DNA of 64,000 nt from a virus: positions 1 through 64,000 of the IMG/VR virus record IMGVR_UViG_3300035670_000140. One strand, written 5' to 3'. The notes below the pieces were generated by a model, which was not told the origin of the DNA, searched no databases, and worked only from the letters and a program-made list of their open reading frames with translations. The stretch's first letter is position 1. The number at the start of each line of letters is the position of its first letter. Positions 13,284-24,934 of the stretch are shown here, piece after piece. Both the position numbers and the translations under genes were made by a program.

Positions 13284-16200
13284 ATGGCTCCAAAGAAGAG
13301 AAGGATATCATCCCTGATTGAGTCTCAACTCCCAGGGTTTATAACGACAGAGTATGAAAATTTCTCTAAGTTTGTAGAAAAGTACTACGAACATCTGGAA
13401 TCTGCTGGTCAACCACTAGACATAATCTCTAATCTCGACAAGTATAGAGATATAAACTATTACGAAGAGAATCTACTTAATCAATCAACTAGACTATCAT
13501 CAAATATTTTAGCTGATTCTACTACAGTTACTGTAGATGATGCAACTTCATTCCCAGAAGAGAATGGTTATATCAAGATCGGAAGTGAAGTATTATTTTA
13601 TCAAACTAGAACAGATACTCAATTTTTAGAAGTTTCTAGAGGAGTTAGTGGAAATACAACTCTAGGAGATCTATACGAGTCATCTTCATTTGTAACAACA
13701 GCTGCTGGTCCACATTATACTGGAGATACTGTATACAATGTCAGTAATCTCTTTTTATATGCCTTAGTAAAGAATTTCGAGCAGACTTATCTTGGTTCTT
13801 TCCCAGAAGCATATTTGAAGGGTGAAGTTGATAAGAGAACTTTAATTAAAAATATCAGTAACTTCTACAAAGCAAAAGGTACTGATAGATCAGTTAAATT
13901 TATTTTTAACTCAATTATTGCTAAGGAACCATCAGATGTTCCAGAAATTTATAACCCAAAAGATTTTACTTTAAAATCTTCAACATCTGATTGGACAAAA
14001 GACTATTCACTGAAGGTAAAGATTAGTAATGGGGATCCAAATAGTCTAATTGGTAATACTATTACTCAAAATTTAGATGATTATGATACCAGCATTACAT
14101 TTGCTTCCGCTGTTGTTGATAATGTGATTTTTATCGGCAATGATGGGCAAGATGACTTATATCAGTTAATTTTAGAACCAAGCACAGTTAATGGTAGATT
14201 TGAAGTATATGGCAGAACAACCACTACTAAAACTGTACCAAGTTCATATTCAACTGGTGATAGAATTACTGTAAAATCGACATTAGGATTTCCAAAGCAA
14301 GGGAAACTTCTAATTGGTGATGAAGTCATTACTTACAATGACAAAAATGCTACTCAGTTTATTATTGATACTCGTTTAGGCCCAATAAGAAATCATAATT
14401 CAAACAAGACTGTCTATCGTTATTCTACTATTTCTAGCAGCAGTGTTAGACTTATTACATTAGGATTAATTTATAATCTATCACCAATTAATGCTGCTCC
14501 ATATTCATCGTCTGGAGAAATGATTCAGGTTTCAGAACCTGGATTTGAAACTTTAGATCCAATTGCTTTTGATAGAAATATTGGTAGAACTAGATGGTTG
14601 ATTAATGAAAATCCAATTACAAACTTTGCTGAAATCAAAGGTGTAGAAAGTCCATTTTATTCAGACGTTGCTACTGTTCTAGAAGATGAGCAATATTTCT
14701 ACATCTGTTCCTCATCGTACCCATCTGAGAATATTTTAGTAAATACTAATTACAATGTAACATTAAGTGACCAAAAGCACCTGAAATTAATCAGAAAACA
14801 ACCTATTACAACGACTGAAGTTTATCCAACTACAAATAGAGATGTTGGTATTTTTATTGATGGGGTTCCTGCTTTAGGTTATAAAGATAATGAATCTATT
14901 AAGTATGGAAAAATCGTATCATCGAGTATTACTAATAAAGGTGTTTCTTATCAAGCGCCACCATTCGTTCTTATAAACGAAACTCCAAACAAAGCTAGAG
15001 CAATATTGTCTGGTTCTGTTGTAGACTCTATTGAAATTTTAACAGAAGAAGTATTTACAGAAGATCCTGAAGTAAGAATTACATCTGGTGAAGGTGCTGT
15101 GTTAAGACCCGTTATTACTAACGGTAGTATTACTAGTATGGATGTACTTGATCCAGGTCAGTATTATTCATCACCTCCTATTATTAGAATTGTTGATACT
15201 TTAGGTAAAGGTAATTTTGCTGAGTATGAAGCAGTACTGGACCCTAATGGTTCTATTATAGAAGCTCGTAAAATAGCAGGAGGAAGATTTTATACAAGAG
15301 GTAATACTATCGTAACTGTCGAACCTGTTGGTAAAAATGCTACTGCTAGGGCATCTATTAAAGAATGGGTATTCAATAGATACGAAAAATTAAAGAATAA
15401 CTTAGATAGTGATAACGGAACTGTTTTTGCTAGTTTCGATCCAAGCAAAAACTATGGTTATGCTTATGTGGCAAATCCATTGAATGTTCGTAAAAGATCT
15501 TATGTTAGTTTGACAGATTTCACATCTGATGATGGATCTGTTCATTCTCCTATTGTAGGATATGCTTATGATGGCAATCCAATTTACGGACCTTATGGAT
15601 ACGAAGATCCAACAGATTCATCTTCCAATATTGTCAGATTATCTTCTGGTTATCAAATAAAGAACTCAAGACCAAGCGGACCAGATACTGGAAGATATCC
15701 ACTAGGTAGTTTTATTGATGACTATAGATGGGTTCCTAGTGTTAATTCTGGTAAAACTGAGTTAGATCAAAATAATGGCAGATTCTGTGTAACTCCAGAT
15801 TATCCAAATGGAGTGTATGCTTATTTTATAACTATAGATTCTAGCGAAACACCTGTATTTCCTTACATTCTAGGTGTAAATTATTACTCTTTACCAGTAG
15901 ATTCAAATTATAATTCATCTATTTCACAAGATGATATTCCACGTACTTTAAAATCGATTCGTTCTGATGTATCAGAAAGAAACGGTAGTGGATTTATTGG
16001 ATTAATTCAAGATGTAAAAAATGGAAATATAACTTCTGGTTATGTCGAATCATCTTTACCAATTCACTCGCCAGGAAATGTTGTATACTTAAATAATTTT
16101 GAAACTGGTGGTAGTGGAGCTTCTGTTGTAGTAAATGAAGTTACTGGGAAACCAATTTCTTCAATTGAATCTATTCAAACAAAAGCTAATAGAATTTCCA

Positions 16201-19200
16201 TTCAAGAAAGTGCCTACTTATTTGATAATGATCTAATTACACAAACTGATGCCGATGGCGCAGTTCTAGCTAATGGTAGATTAGTTGGAGATGTTTTTAA
16301 TGCTAGCGAGTTAGTTTTAAGAAACGTCACTGGTCAGTTTAATTCTATTAGACCAATAGATTCGTCAACTCAAGTTTATAGATTGGTTCTCAATATTGAT
16401 TCAAACTTTACAGTAAATTCAACATTAGTACTAAGAAATGACGATGATGAAGTTATTGCTCAAGGTATTATTTTAGAAACTATTGTAAGACAAAATTCAG
16501 TTAAAGTTAAGTTAACTAGTGGAGATTTTATTGTTACTGAAGACTATTATCTGCGTAGTTCTAATTTAAGTGATACAAATAGAGCGGAAATTATTTCGTT
16601 AGAGTCTTTGAGTAGAGATTTAACACCATTTAACGTACAAGAAAATATTGCTATTGTACAAACATCACAACCACATAACTTAGGTGTTGGGGATTCTGTT
16701 AATATTGATGTAATTCCTAATGACGCTGTTTCCGAAACTCAATACTATGTAAGAAAAAGACTGTATCAGAATGCTGTAGCACTTGCTCCATCACATACTT
16801 CTAATATTATTGATCAAGGTATTGGTAGTGCTGATGTTTTAAATTCTGGTAGAGGATATGGTGTAGGAACATATACAGATGTGGAATTGATATTCCAAGA
16901 TGTCAATAAAGCAAGAACTAATATTGGCAAACCAGGAGATCTCAATAACGCCAAAGCTACTATTATCGTTAGCAATCCTGGTGTTAATGGATCTACTGTA
17001 ACTTCAGTAATTATAACTTCCAAAGGAAAGGGGTACAGAAAAGGTGATGTTCTCACTGTAGATGATGATGATCTTAATAGAAATGTTTCTGATACATCAC
17101 CACAAAGATTGGTATTAGAAGTTGATCACGTTGGTTTTGCTGCTAATAATACGGTTCTGAAGCTTTCTAACGTTAATAATATTTCTCAAGATGATTATCT
17201 TCAAATAAGTCAAGAAATTGTAAAAGTAGTATCAGTTGATGTAATTAAAAAGGAAGTTGTTGTATCTAGAGGGCAGCAAAATACAGTTCCTTTAAACCAC
17301 TATAATGATGCTGAAGTAACATTAAAAGATGGTTTCTATAGATTTGACAATAATTTCAGACCATTTGGTTCTGACATGTTAAAACCATTCTTGATTTCAT
17401 ATGACGAGAACACACAAAATATTAATGTTGCTTTTGAATATTCCGTTCAAAATCCACAGAAATTATCAATCAGCTCTACTTTCTTTGACGAAAGTCTTCC
17501 AAAAAAATTAGTTAAGTTTAGATCTGTTGATGAAGCTAATTTCAAATTAGAGTTTTCCACAGATAATTCTAATTTCGATACAAATCCAATTATAGAAATA
17601 CAAAAATATTACAAGTATAATTTTGACGTAGGTCATCCTTCCATGGGAGATACCTATCTAGATTTCTCTTCGAGTTCTAACTATAATATTTTTACAGAAG
17701 AAAAAGAAGTTAGTACAATTGCTCCTGGAAACTCAGGATCATTTGTTTCTATAAAATTGGGATTTGGTCCTGCTATTGCTAGCAATACATATCAGGAAAG
17801 AAAAGCAGTAAACTTCCAGAATTATTTTTATTTCATTAAGGTTTCTCCCGATGTAGATACTGGTCGATCATATTTAAAAATTGTTGATGATCCACTTGCT
17901 GGTACTAAAAATGTAATCTACACAACTGCTAATAAGTTTGTATATGAATTAGACAAAACTCCATCATATGATGGAAGTGGTGTAATGTCTTACACAACAA
18001 CTGCTAGGAATGCTATTGGTCAAATTAAATCAGTTAGAGTAGTTAACACTGGGGAAAATTATAAATTTATTCCTACTGTGTTTGGTGTTTCTCCAGCAGA
18101 ATCTAATGAAGCTATTGTTGATCCAATATGGGATCCTATATCAAAAGATGTGTTGGGATTTAATATTTTAGAGCAAGGTAATAACTATTCTAATCCAATT
18201 ATTGTAATGAGTGATGGAGATGGAATTGGATTTGAATATGAATGTTTGGTAGAATTAGGAAAAATAAGACAGATAAAAGTTATTAAAAAAGGTTCTTCTT
18301 TTACATATAAACCAACATTTAAAGTTGTAGAATCTAATGTGAAAATCTATATGGAATCCAATAATATTGGATCCCCACGAAATGTTAAAATTACAAATCC
18401 AGGAAGAGGATTTAATTCAGATCAATCACAACTAAGCACATACAAATCACCAACTACTTTTGTTTTGAGAAACATAAGTGGAAGATTTTTTGCTGGAGAA
18501 AAAATTATTCAACCATCCACAAATGCTACTGCTATAGTAGCAAAAGATGGATGGAGAGAGGGTAGTAACTTACTCAAAGTTCAAAAAATTACTGGTGTAT
18601 TTGAAAACGGTACTGTTATTAAAAGTACAAAGGACAATGGTAGATTTGGAACTTTATATGCTCAATTATCTACAGAGTTCAAACCAGAAATAAAATCATA
18701 TGTAGATAACGTAGGTTATTTTACTTCTGATAGAGGTAAATTAAGTAATGCCAATCAAAGATTACAAGATTCTTATTTTTATCAGGATTACTCATATGTC
18801 GTAAAGTCTAAGTCTTCTATTGAAGCTTGGAGAAATCTAATCAAAGAAACTACCCATCCTGCTGGTTTCTTGATGTTTGGTGAAATGGTTATTGACTCTA
18901 AGGCAGAGAGTCAAATGCCTACTGAGCAACAACCAATATCACATTTTAGTGTTATTGAATTAGATCCAATTCAAATTACATCTATTTCTACTTCTAAGAT
19001 CTTAACTGTTGTTCAATACAAGTTAGAGTCGTTAATTTTAGAAGATGGTATTGGATCAGTTTCTGTTGATACATTTGATACTTCCGAAACTCAAACATTT
19101 GATGTTAAGTTGTCTCCAGAGTTTAATGGAGACTTTGATCCAGACACAGGTCAGTTAATTGGTAATACATCATTTACTCTTATTAATAGAGCGAATAATA

Positions 19201-22200
19201 CAGCAGTAAGTTTAAATAATTCCCAACAATTAATTGTAACTTTAGATGGTATTTTCCAAGAACCTGGAGTATCATATACTGTTTCTGGATCTAATATTAT
19301 ATTCTCCGCTCCACCACTAGGAAAGAGAATTGTAGAAGGTCAAGAAGTCGAAGCTGTTAAGTTTTATGGAAGAGCGATTAAGTTTAAAACCCCTTCATTA
19401 TCATCAAGATACTTTAGAAAAGTAAAATCGATTGCTAATCAATTTGATGGAGTACAGTTCGAATTTGACTTATATTGGGAAGATGATAATTCATTAGTAA
19501 AAACTGATCCCAAAGAAAATTTAATTGTAGCACTCAATAGTGTTGTACAGAAAGCAAGATTAACTGAGAAAGAACCATTTGGAAATTCTTACAGTATTAT
19601 TAGATCAGAAGATCCAGCGGTTACTGATAAAATTAGATTTTCCAAACCACCTGTTGATAACGAAGATCTATATGGACCTCCAGAAGAAATTCCAGAAAGT
19701 CTAAAAAATTACGAAAAATGCTTTATCTATAGCGTCGGTAGTTATGAAAGATTGACTATCAATTCTAATCTATATGAGTATAGATTTGCTGGACCTTACT
19801 TAATTCAGGATGAAGTTACTGGTTCTATTAGAAAAATTGATGAACCTAGATATGCTCTGGTCTTTATCGATGGTGTTCTACAAAGAGATGTAGATGCCTA
19901 TCAAATTGTAGGACCTAACATTACTTTCACTCAAAACTTAAAAGTATATCAAGATCCTAATGGCGATAGAATTACTCAAGATGTAAATATTATCTTGATG
20001 TATGGTAGAGATGTAGCAAAGAGTTTAACTTTCTATGATTTCGAACCATATACTTTCAATAATACATTAATTGTAACTTTAGAAGGTGATGATATTTCTT
20101 CCAAATTTATAAAGTTATACAATTTTAATTCGCTAAGTGTTAATTATTTTAAGCAAGATGATACTATTGTTGGAAAAGTAATTCGATATACTGAATTAAA
20201 TAATGACAAAATAGAAATTTTATTCCAAAATCCAAAAAATATTAGTTTAAATCAAAATGAATTAACATTAGTTAACGTATCTAAAAATTCACAAGAAACT
20301 GTTTTAGCTGGTAATTATACAATATCATATTATTATAAAACCGATTCTGACGGCGAAAGAGTTTTAGAAAGAACTATTCCTTCATGGCTTTATGGATCTC
20401 AGTTGGGTAATGTAGCTTGGAGCAATAAAAATTCTATGCTTGGCAATCTTTTGCCTGGTGATAGAATTTTAATCGATGGAGAAAATGATTTTAGAACTAT
20501 AATTTCAACACCAGACACTACTAAAACTAAGTCTTACCGAGATGGAGACTTGGTACAAAACGAATATTATGCTAATACTAAAACAACAAATTACGAGGGA
20601 GACACTCAAGGTGAAGGTCTAAGTATTACGGCAAATGTAAATTCTTTTGGACAAATTACTACATTAAATGTTTCTGATGTTGATTGGAACCAAAGAGATC
20701 TTGATTTATATTTTGAACAAGGAATTCTACTTCAACCAACTGCCTACGAATATTACACAACGCCAGAAATTCATTTCATTCCCGTTGATGGCAACGGTGG
20801 TGGAGCAAAAGCTGAAGTAATTGCTTATGGCGGTCAAATTCTTGATGTTGTATTAATTGATGGTGGATCTGGATACACAGCACCACCAAAAGTAGTTGTA
20901 TCAAGAAGATACAAGAGAATTAAAGAATTAAGTCGTAAAGTTGATTCGTTGACAGTGCTGAATATTGGTACTGAAATTAGCGTAAAACAAGAGATTGTTT
21001 CTGATTCTCAAATCACTATTACTGGTGCTGGAGATATTTCTGGATTTATTTCTGTTGCTACTTTTGGTGGATTCGTTGCTGGAATAAACAGTGATATCGA
21101 TATAACAGAAATTGTATTACCATCACCAAAAATTGTGAGGATGACTGACAAGAAATTTGTCAGTGAATTTACTGTACAATCTCCAACTATTGAAGTTTAT
21201 TATATTGATAGATTAATTGATTCTTATGTATCCGTAGTAATTGGCGGCGTTTATGGATTCGAATCTAGTGCTTCTATTCAAACTATCTCGGTTGACGAAT
21301 TAACTTCAATTTTCCAAATTAAAGCTAATAAAGCATTTAGACAAGAAAAAGCTGATTCTGTTAATGGAATTGGAACATTTCTCGATGCTCCAATGGATCT
21401 TAATGATGTTATTGCTTTTGTTCCTAATACAGAAAGATTCCCAGATACTCCAAGCAGACTTAGAATTGGTCGTGAAGTAATTTACTATACCAACAAGAAG
21501 CAAGATCGTTTCTTGGGTTTAACTAGAGGATATCAAGGAAGTCCACTAGAAACACATAATGCTGGAGATTTAGTATTACATTATCCAGAATTTATTACTA
21601 TTGTTTCTGGTGGTATCAATACTATCCTCAGTGAAGGAAGTGTTTCTTCCAGTGACATTACTGTTTTAGAACAAAAGACATCTATTCAATCTATTATAGA
21701 AGTTAAGCAATTTGAAGAATCTTATAATGAAATCGATGTTAAACTACAAGTAGAATCTCCTAAAACTTTCCAACCAAAAGCTTTACCTTGGATTGCTATT
21801 ATTCCAAGAGATTCTTATAATATTGTCACCGAAACTTATTCTTCAGTTTCTTATATAACTCCAATTAATGCTCCATCTGCCCAAGTTGTTGGATCTGTTG
21901 TATCTCAAGTTGTTACATTAAATGAAAGAGAAATTCAGTTAACATCTGATCAACAAATTCAATTAGATACTTCCGCTGTTATTACATCAGTAAGTATTGG
22001 AAATATTGCCGCCACAATATCATCTTCATCGGCACTTGTTTCTTCTTCTTACGAAACAAGTGAAATTACACTATCACCTCAAATTCAAGCTGTAAACACT
22101 TTCACGACATTCTCCACTCAAATTATAGAAAATGTTCAAACATCAGATTTAGATATCCAATCATATAGTTCAACTGTAGTTTCATTAACTTCATTTGCTG

Positions 22201-22982
22201 GAAATGTAACATCGTTGATCAGTAGAGAAACTGTAAATGATCCATTTGTAATGTATCACAATACAGAATTAACAGCTACTGTTGCTGATATTAATACATT
22301 TTCTTCAACAGTGACGATGCTTATTGGTGGAGGTTTTGCTTCTGGTTCCACAAGAGAAACTGATTACAGATTTTCTTATGTTGATTTCTTGATTGAAGAA
22401 TATGTGTTAGAAAATTTTATAGTACAAAGAAGTAATAATGTTGTTAATTTAGATACTCCGTATAATGAAGTTTTTAATAGAAACGGTTCTTCAATTACTG
22501 TTGATAATAAAAATCAATATTCTCCAGAAGGATTTGAAGATTATACTTTAGGAAACGCTGGTCTTACTCTAGACATTTATGAATCCACAGCATTTGTTGA
22601 TACTGGTATAAATTACGGTACTAGCATTAATGATGTAGATTTAATCTATTCTGGATTAACTATAAAAGACTTTGAAATTCGATCGAATTCAGCTTTTACT
22701 TCCAATGGGACTAGATTTAATTTTGGTATACCAACATATCAAACTCCAGTAACTATTTGTGCTGCTGGTGGATCTATTGGAAATACATTACAAGTTCAAA
22801 ATACTGATTACTTTAGCAATCCATCTGTTACTGGAATCCCAGTACACTACTTGTTTACTGAATCTGGCACAGTTCTTTCATATACAGGATTAACACAAAC
22901 AACATTTACAGGAATTTCTGTTGTTAGGGGGCCCGCATCTATTAACATAAATGATGATATTATTCCCTTCACAATTGTATAA
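13284..22982 (+). CDS. gp7: Giant baseplate wedge initiator (gp7-like), with YHYH-like insert
   Basis: Between gp6 and gp8; FYKAKGTDRSVKFIF and LQDSYFYQDYSYVVKS...HPAGFLMFGE motifs. Confidence 0.8.
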   Translation: MAPKKRRISSLIESQLPGFITTEYENFSKFVEKYYEHLESAGQPLDIISNLDKYRDINYYEENLLNQSTRLSSNILADSTTVTVDDATSFPEENGYIKIGSEVLFYQTRTDTQFLEVSRGVSGNTTLGDLYESSSFVTTAAGPHYTGDTVYNVSNLFLYALVKNFEQTYLGSFPEAYLKGEVDKRTLIKNISNFYKAKGTDRSVKFIFNSIIAKEPSDVPEIYNPKDFTLKSSTSDWTKDYSLKVKISNGDPNSLIGNTITQNLDDYDTSITFASAVVDNVIFIGNDGQDDLYQLILEPSTVNGRFEVYGRTTTTKTVPSSYSTGDRITVKSTLGFPKQGKLLIGDEVITYNDKNATQFIIDTRLGPIRNHNSNKTVYRYSTISSSSVRLITLGLIYNLSPINAAPYSSSGEMIQVSEPGFETLDPIAFDRNIGRTRWLINENPITNFAEIKGVESPFYSDVATVLEDEQYFYICSSSYPSENILVNTNYNVTLSDQKHLKLIRKQPITTTEVYPTTNRDVGIFIDGVPALGYKDNESIKYGKIVSSSITNKGVSYQAPPFVLINETPNKARAILSGSVVDSIEILTEEVFTEDPEVRITSGEGAVLRPVITNGSITSMDVLDPGQYYSSPPIIRIVDTLGKGNFAEYEAVLDPNGSIIEARKIAGGRFYTRGNTIVTVEPVGKNATARASIKEWVFNRYEKLKNNLDSDNGTVFASFDPSKNYGYAYVANPLNVRKRSYVSLTDFTSDDGSVHSPIVGYAYDGNPIYGPYGYEDPTDSSSNIVRLSSGYQIKNSRPSGPDTGRYPLGSFIDDYRWVPSVNSGKTELDQNNGRFCVTPDYPNGVYAYFITIDSSETPVFPYILGVNYYSLPVDSNYNSSISQDDIPRTLKSIRSDVSERNGSGFIGLIQDVKNGNITSGYVESSLPIHSPGNVVYLNNFETGGSGASVVVNEVTGKPISSIESIQTKANRISIQESAYLFDNDLITQTDADGAVLANGRLVGDVFNASELVLRNVTGQFNSIRPIDSSTQVYRLVLNIDSNFTVNSTLVLRNDDDEVIAQGIILETIVRQNSVKVKLTSGDFIVTEDYYLRSSNLSDTNRAEIISLESLSRDLTPFNVQENIAIVQTSQPHNLGVGDSVNIDVIPNDAVSETQYYVRKRLYQNAVALAPSHTSNIIDQGIGSADVLNSGRGYGVGTYTDVELIFQDVNKARTNIGKPGDLNNAKATIIVSNPGVNGSTVTSVIITSKGKGYRKGDVLTVDDDDLNRNVSDTSPQRLVLEVDHVGFAANNTVLKLSNVNNISQDDYLQISQEIVKVVSVDVIKKEVVVSRGQQNTVPLNHYNDAEVTLKDGFYRFDNNFRPFGSDMLKPFLISYDENTQNINVAFEYSVQNPQKLSISSTFFDESLPKKLVKFRSVDEANFKLEFSTDNSNFDTNPIIEIQKYYKYNFDVGHPSMGDTYLDFSSSSNYNIFTEEKEVSTIAPGNSGSFVSIKLGFGPAIASNTYQERKAVNFQNYFYFIKVSPDVDTGRSYLKIVDDPLAGTKNVIYTTANKFVYELDKTPSYDGSGVMSYTTTARNAIGQIKSVRVVNTGENYKFIPTVFGVSPAESNEAIVDPIWDPISKDVLGFNILEQGNNYSNPIIVMSDGDGIGFEYECLVELGKIRQIKVIKKGSSFTYKPTFKVVESNVKIYMESNNIGSPRNVKITNPGRGFNSDQSQLSTYKSPTTFVLRNISGRFFAGEKIIQPSTNATAIVAKDGWREGSNLLKVQKITGVFENGTVIKSTKDNGRFGTLYAQLSTEFKPEIKSYVDNVGYFTSDRGKLSNANQRLQDSYFYQDYSYVVKSKSSIEAWRNLIKETTHPAGFLMFGEMVIDSKAESQMPTEQQPISHFSVIELDPIQITSISTSKILTVVQYKLESLILEDGIGSVSVDTFDTSETQTFDVKLSPEFNGDFDPDTGQLIGNTSFTLINRANNTAVSLNNSQQLIVTLDGIFQEPGVSYTVSGSNIIFSAPPLGKRIVEGQEVEAVKFYGRAIKFKTPSLSSRYFRKVKSIANQFDGVQFEFDLYWEDDNSLVKTDPKENLIVALNSVVQKARLTEKEPFGNSYSIIRSEDPAVTDKIRFSKPPVDNEDLYGPPEEIPESLKNYEKCFIYSVGSYERLTINSNLYEYRFAGPYLIQDEVTGSIRKIDEPRYALVFIDGVLQRDVDAYQIVGPNITFTQNLKVYQDPNGDRITQDVNIILMYGRDVAKSLTFYDFEPYTFNNTLIVTLEGDDISSKFIKLYNFNSLSVNYFKQDDTIVGKVIRYTELNNDKIEILFQNPKNISLNQNELTLVNVSKNSQETVLAGNYTISYYYKTDSDGERVLERTIPSWLYGSQLGNVAWSNKNSMLGNLLPGDRILIDGENDFRTIISTPDTTKTKSYRDGDLVQNEYYANTKTTNYEGDTQGEGLSITANVNSFGQITTLNVSDVDWNQRDLDLYFEQGILLQPTAYEYYTTPEIHFIPVDGNGGGAKAEVIAYGGQILDVVLIDGGSGYTAPPKVVVSRRYKRIKELSRKVDSLTVLNIGTEISVKQEIVSDSQITITGAGDISGFISVATFGGFVAGINSDIDITEIVLPSPKIVRMTDKKFVSEFTVQSPTIEVYYIDRLIDSYVSVVIGGVYGFESSASIQTISVDELTSIFQIKANKAFRQEKADSVNGIGTFLDAPMDLNDVIAFVPNTERFPDTPSRLRIGREVIYYTNKKQDRFLGLTRGYQGSPLETHNAGDLVLHYPEFITIVSGGINTILSEGSVSSSDITVLEQKTSIQSIIEVKQFEESYNEIDVKLQVESPKTFQPKALPWIAIIPRDSYNIVTETYSSVSYITPINAPSAQVVGSVVSQVVTLNEREIQLTSDQQIQLDTSAVITSVSIGNIAATISSSSALVSSSYETSEITLSPQIQAVNTFTTFSTQIIENVQTSDLDIQSYSSTVVSLTSFAGNVTSLISRETVNDPFVMYHNTELTATVADINTFSSTVTMLIGGGFASGSTRETDYRFSYVDFLIEEYVLENFIVQRSNNVVNLDTPYNEVFNRNGSSITVDNKNQYSPEGFEDYTLGNAGLTLDIYESTAFVDTGINYGTSINDVDLIYSGLTIKDFEIRSNSAFTSNGTRFNFGIPTYQTPVTICAAGGSIGNTLQVQNTDYFSNPSVTGIPVHYLFTESGTVLSYTGLTQTTFTGISVVRGPASININDDIIPFTIV

Positions 22983-22991
22983 ATATAAATA
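22978..22991 (+). promoter_or_regulatory. Overlapping tandem late promoters
   Basis: TATAAATA at 22978-22985 and 22984-22991 before gp8. Confidence 0.75.
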
Positions 22992-23023
22992 AATCAGACA
23001 AAACTTTTACAGAGAGATTTTCA

Positions 23024-24877
23024 ATGGCTGCTATTATCTCAGATAAATTTAGAATTTTTAATGCTACCCAGTTTCTTGAGTCGCTGTCTGAGGGTTCTTC
23101 CGACACTGGCGCTGAACGTACTAGAATGTATTTCTTCGTAGGTCGTCCCCAGCGTTGGGATGCTTACATTGAAATCTTCAATAAAAATGCTACTGCCTTT
23201 GTGGCAGGCAATGAAGTTTATGTAGGAGCTAATTATGCTTCTGCTACTTTCAAAGGAGTAATTAGAGAGGTTTACGAAAATTCTCTGTTACTTTATTCTA
23301 TTGGTCCAGCGACTAATTCTTCTCCTGCTGTTGGTTCTACCCTAAAAGGGTGGAATGGAACTGCTGACACTGGAGCAGAAGCAAGAACAGGTGTTTATCG
23401 CTATTCTACTGAAGACGTACCACCTGTTCCTCTCGATAACCAAACAGAAAAGTATGATATCTATGATGATATCATTGCTGCCAAGAGAATTACAACTGAT
23501 TTTGCTAGAGCTGTAATTCGTCGTTATAACTGGGATCCATCAGCAAACCCAATTTTTGATATGTGGAAACCTGATTACTCCTCTACTCCTGGTAGTGGTG
23601 GTCAGATTGGCAAACCTGCCGCTAATGGTGCTACCAACATTGCTGATGCTAAGTTCTATGTTCTAAATTCTCAGTACGAAGTATTCAAGTGTCTCTATAA
23701 CGGAGAAGATAAGGTTCCTGGTGGTGCTAACGTAACCAACGAACCAAAAACAACTCCTGCTGCTGGACAAGGAACATATTCAGGCGGTATCTTTAAAGAA
23801 GATCCTGGTTCAACTGGAGATTATATTTGGAAGTACATGTACACCATCCCAACTGATGATGTACTTCGCTTCCTTTCAACAGATTTCATGCCAATTGTTC
23901 TTCCTACTGATGCTACAAGAATTGCTACAGAAGCTATTGCTACTGCCGACCCAGATGCCGTTGATGTTGTTTATGTAGAAAATGTAGGAGCTAATCTTCC
24001 AAACGGCACTCATTACTCACCAATTCTGGGCGATGGAACTGGTGGTAAAGTAGAAATTGTTGTTTCTGGTGGTGCTATTACTTCAGCTACAGTTATTGAT
24101 AATGGTTCGGGATACACCTATGGTAGTATTGCCCTAAAGACTGGTGCTACAGTTGCTGGTGCTCCTTATGGTCTTTACAGTAATACTGGTCTCACATCAA
24201 GCGTTACTGTTGGTGCTACTGCTACTGGTGCTTTAGAAGTTATTATTCCTCCTCAGGGTGGACATGGTTCTAACTTTGAAGAAGAGCTTAATGCTAAGCG
24301 TGTCATGACAAACATTCGTTTGACATACGCTGAAGGATCTGGAGATTTCCCTGTTGATAACGACTTCCGTCGTATTGGTATTATCAAGGATCCATACGCT
24401 TATGGAACTACAACTTTTGCCACCACTTCAACATTGAATGGATTATATGCCATCAAGATCACTGGTGCTACAGCAGATTTCCAAATTGACGAAACAATTG
24501 AGCAAACAACTGCTAGTGGTGGCACTGCTTATGGTACTGTTGTTTCTTGGACATTAGATACTGGCAACCCAGGTCCTGGTGGTAGCGGTGTTCTTAAGTA
24601 CATCCAATCTCCTGCTCTACACACAGATGCTGGTGTTGTAAGACCTTTCGAAGCAAATGTTGCTAACGCTATTACTGGTGCTAACTCGCTTGCTTCTGGT
24701 ACTGTAAATACATCGGTAACTGGTGGAACAGTTCTCCAAGGTGTTGCTTTCAACTCTGGTCTAGCTACTCCAGAAATTGACAACAACTCTGGTGAGATCA
24801 TTTACGTTGAGAACAGAAGACTAATCACTCGTGCTGCTGACCAAATCGAAGATATCAAACTAGTTATCGAGTTCTGA
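23024..24877 (+). CDS. gp8: Baseplate wedge subunit gp8
   Basis: MAAIISDKFRIFNA; VFKCLYN; YIWKYMY; SGEIIYVENRRLITRAADQIEDIKLVIEF. Confidence 0.9.
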   Translation: MAAIISDKFRIFNATQFLESLSEGSSDTGAERTRMYFFVGRPQRWDAYIEIFNKNATAFVAGNEVYVGANYASATFKGVIREVYENSLLLYSIGPATNSSPAVGSTLKGWNGTADTGAEARTGVYRYSTEDVPPVPLDNQTEKYDIYDDIIAAKRITTDFARAVIRRYNWDPSANPIFDMWKPDYSSTPGSGGQIGKPAANGATNIADAKFYVLNSQYEVFKCLYNGEDKVPGGANVTNEPKTTPAAGQGTYSGGIFKEDPGSTGDYIWKYMYTIPTDDVLRFLSTDFMPIVLPTDATRIATEAIATADPDAVDVVYVENVGANLPNGTHYSPILGDGTGGKVEIVVSGGAITSATVIDNGSGYTYGSIALKTGATVAGAPYGLYSNTGLTSSVTVGATATGALEVIIPPQGGHGSNFEEELNAKRVMTNIRLTYAEGSGDFPVDNDFRRIGIIKDPYAYGTTTFATTSTLNGLYAIKITGATADFQIDETIEQTTASGGTAYGTVVSWTLDTGNPGPGGSGVLKYIQSPALHTDAGVVRPFEANVANAITGANSLASGTVNTSVTGGTVLQGVAFNSGLATPEIDNNSGEIIYVENRRLITRAADQIEDIKLVIEF

Positions 24878-24893
24878 TTTAGATTTTAACCAT

Positions 24894-24900
24894 CTAAATA
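24894..24900 (+). promoter_or_regulatory. Late promoter
   Basis: CTAAATA upstream of ATG24935. Confidence 0.55.
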
Positions 24901-24934
24901 ATTCTACGATATACTAGTGTAATGGCGGAGTACG

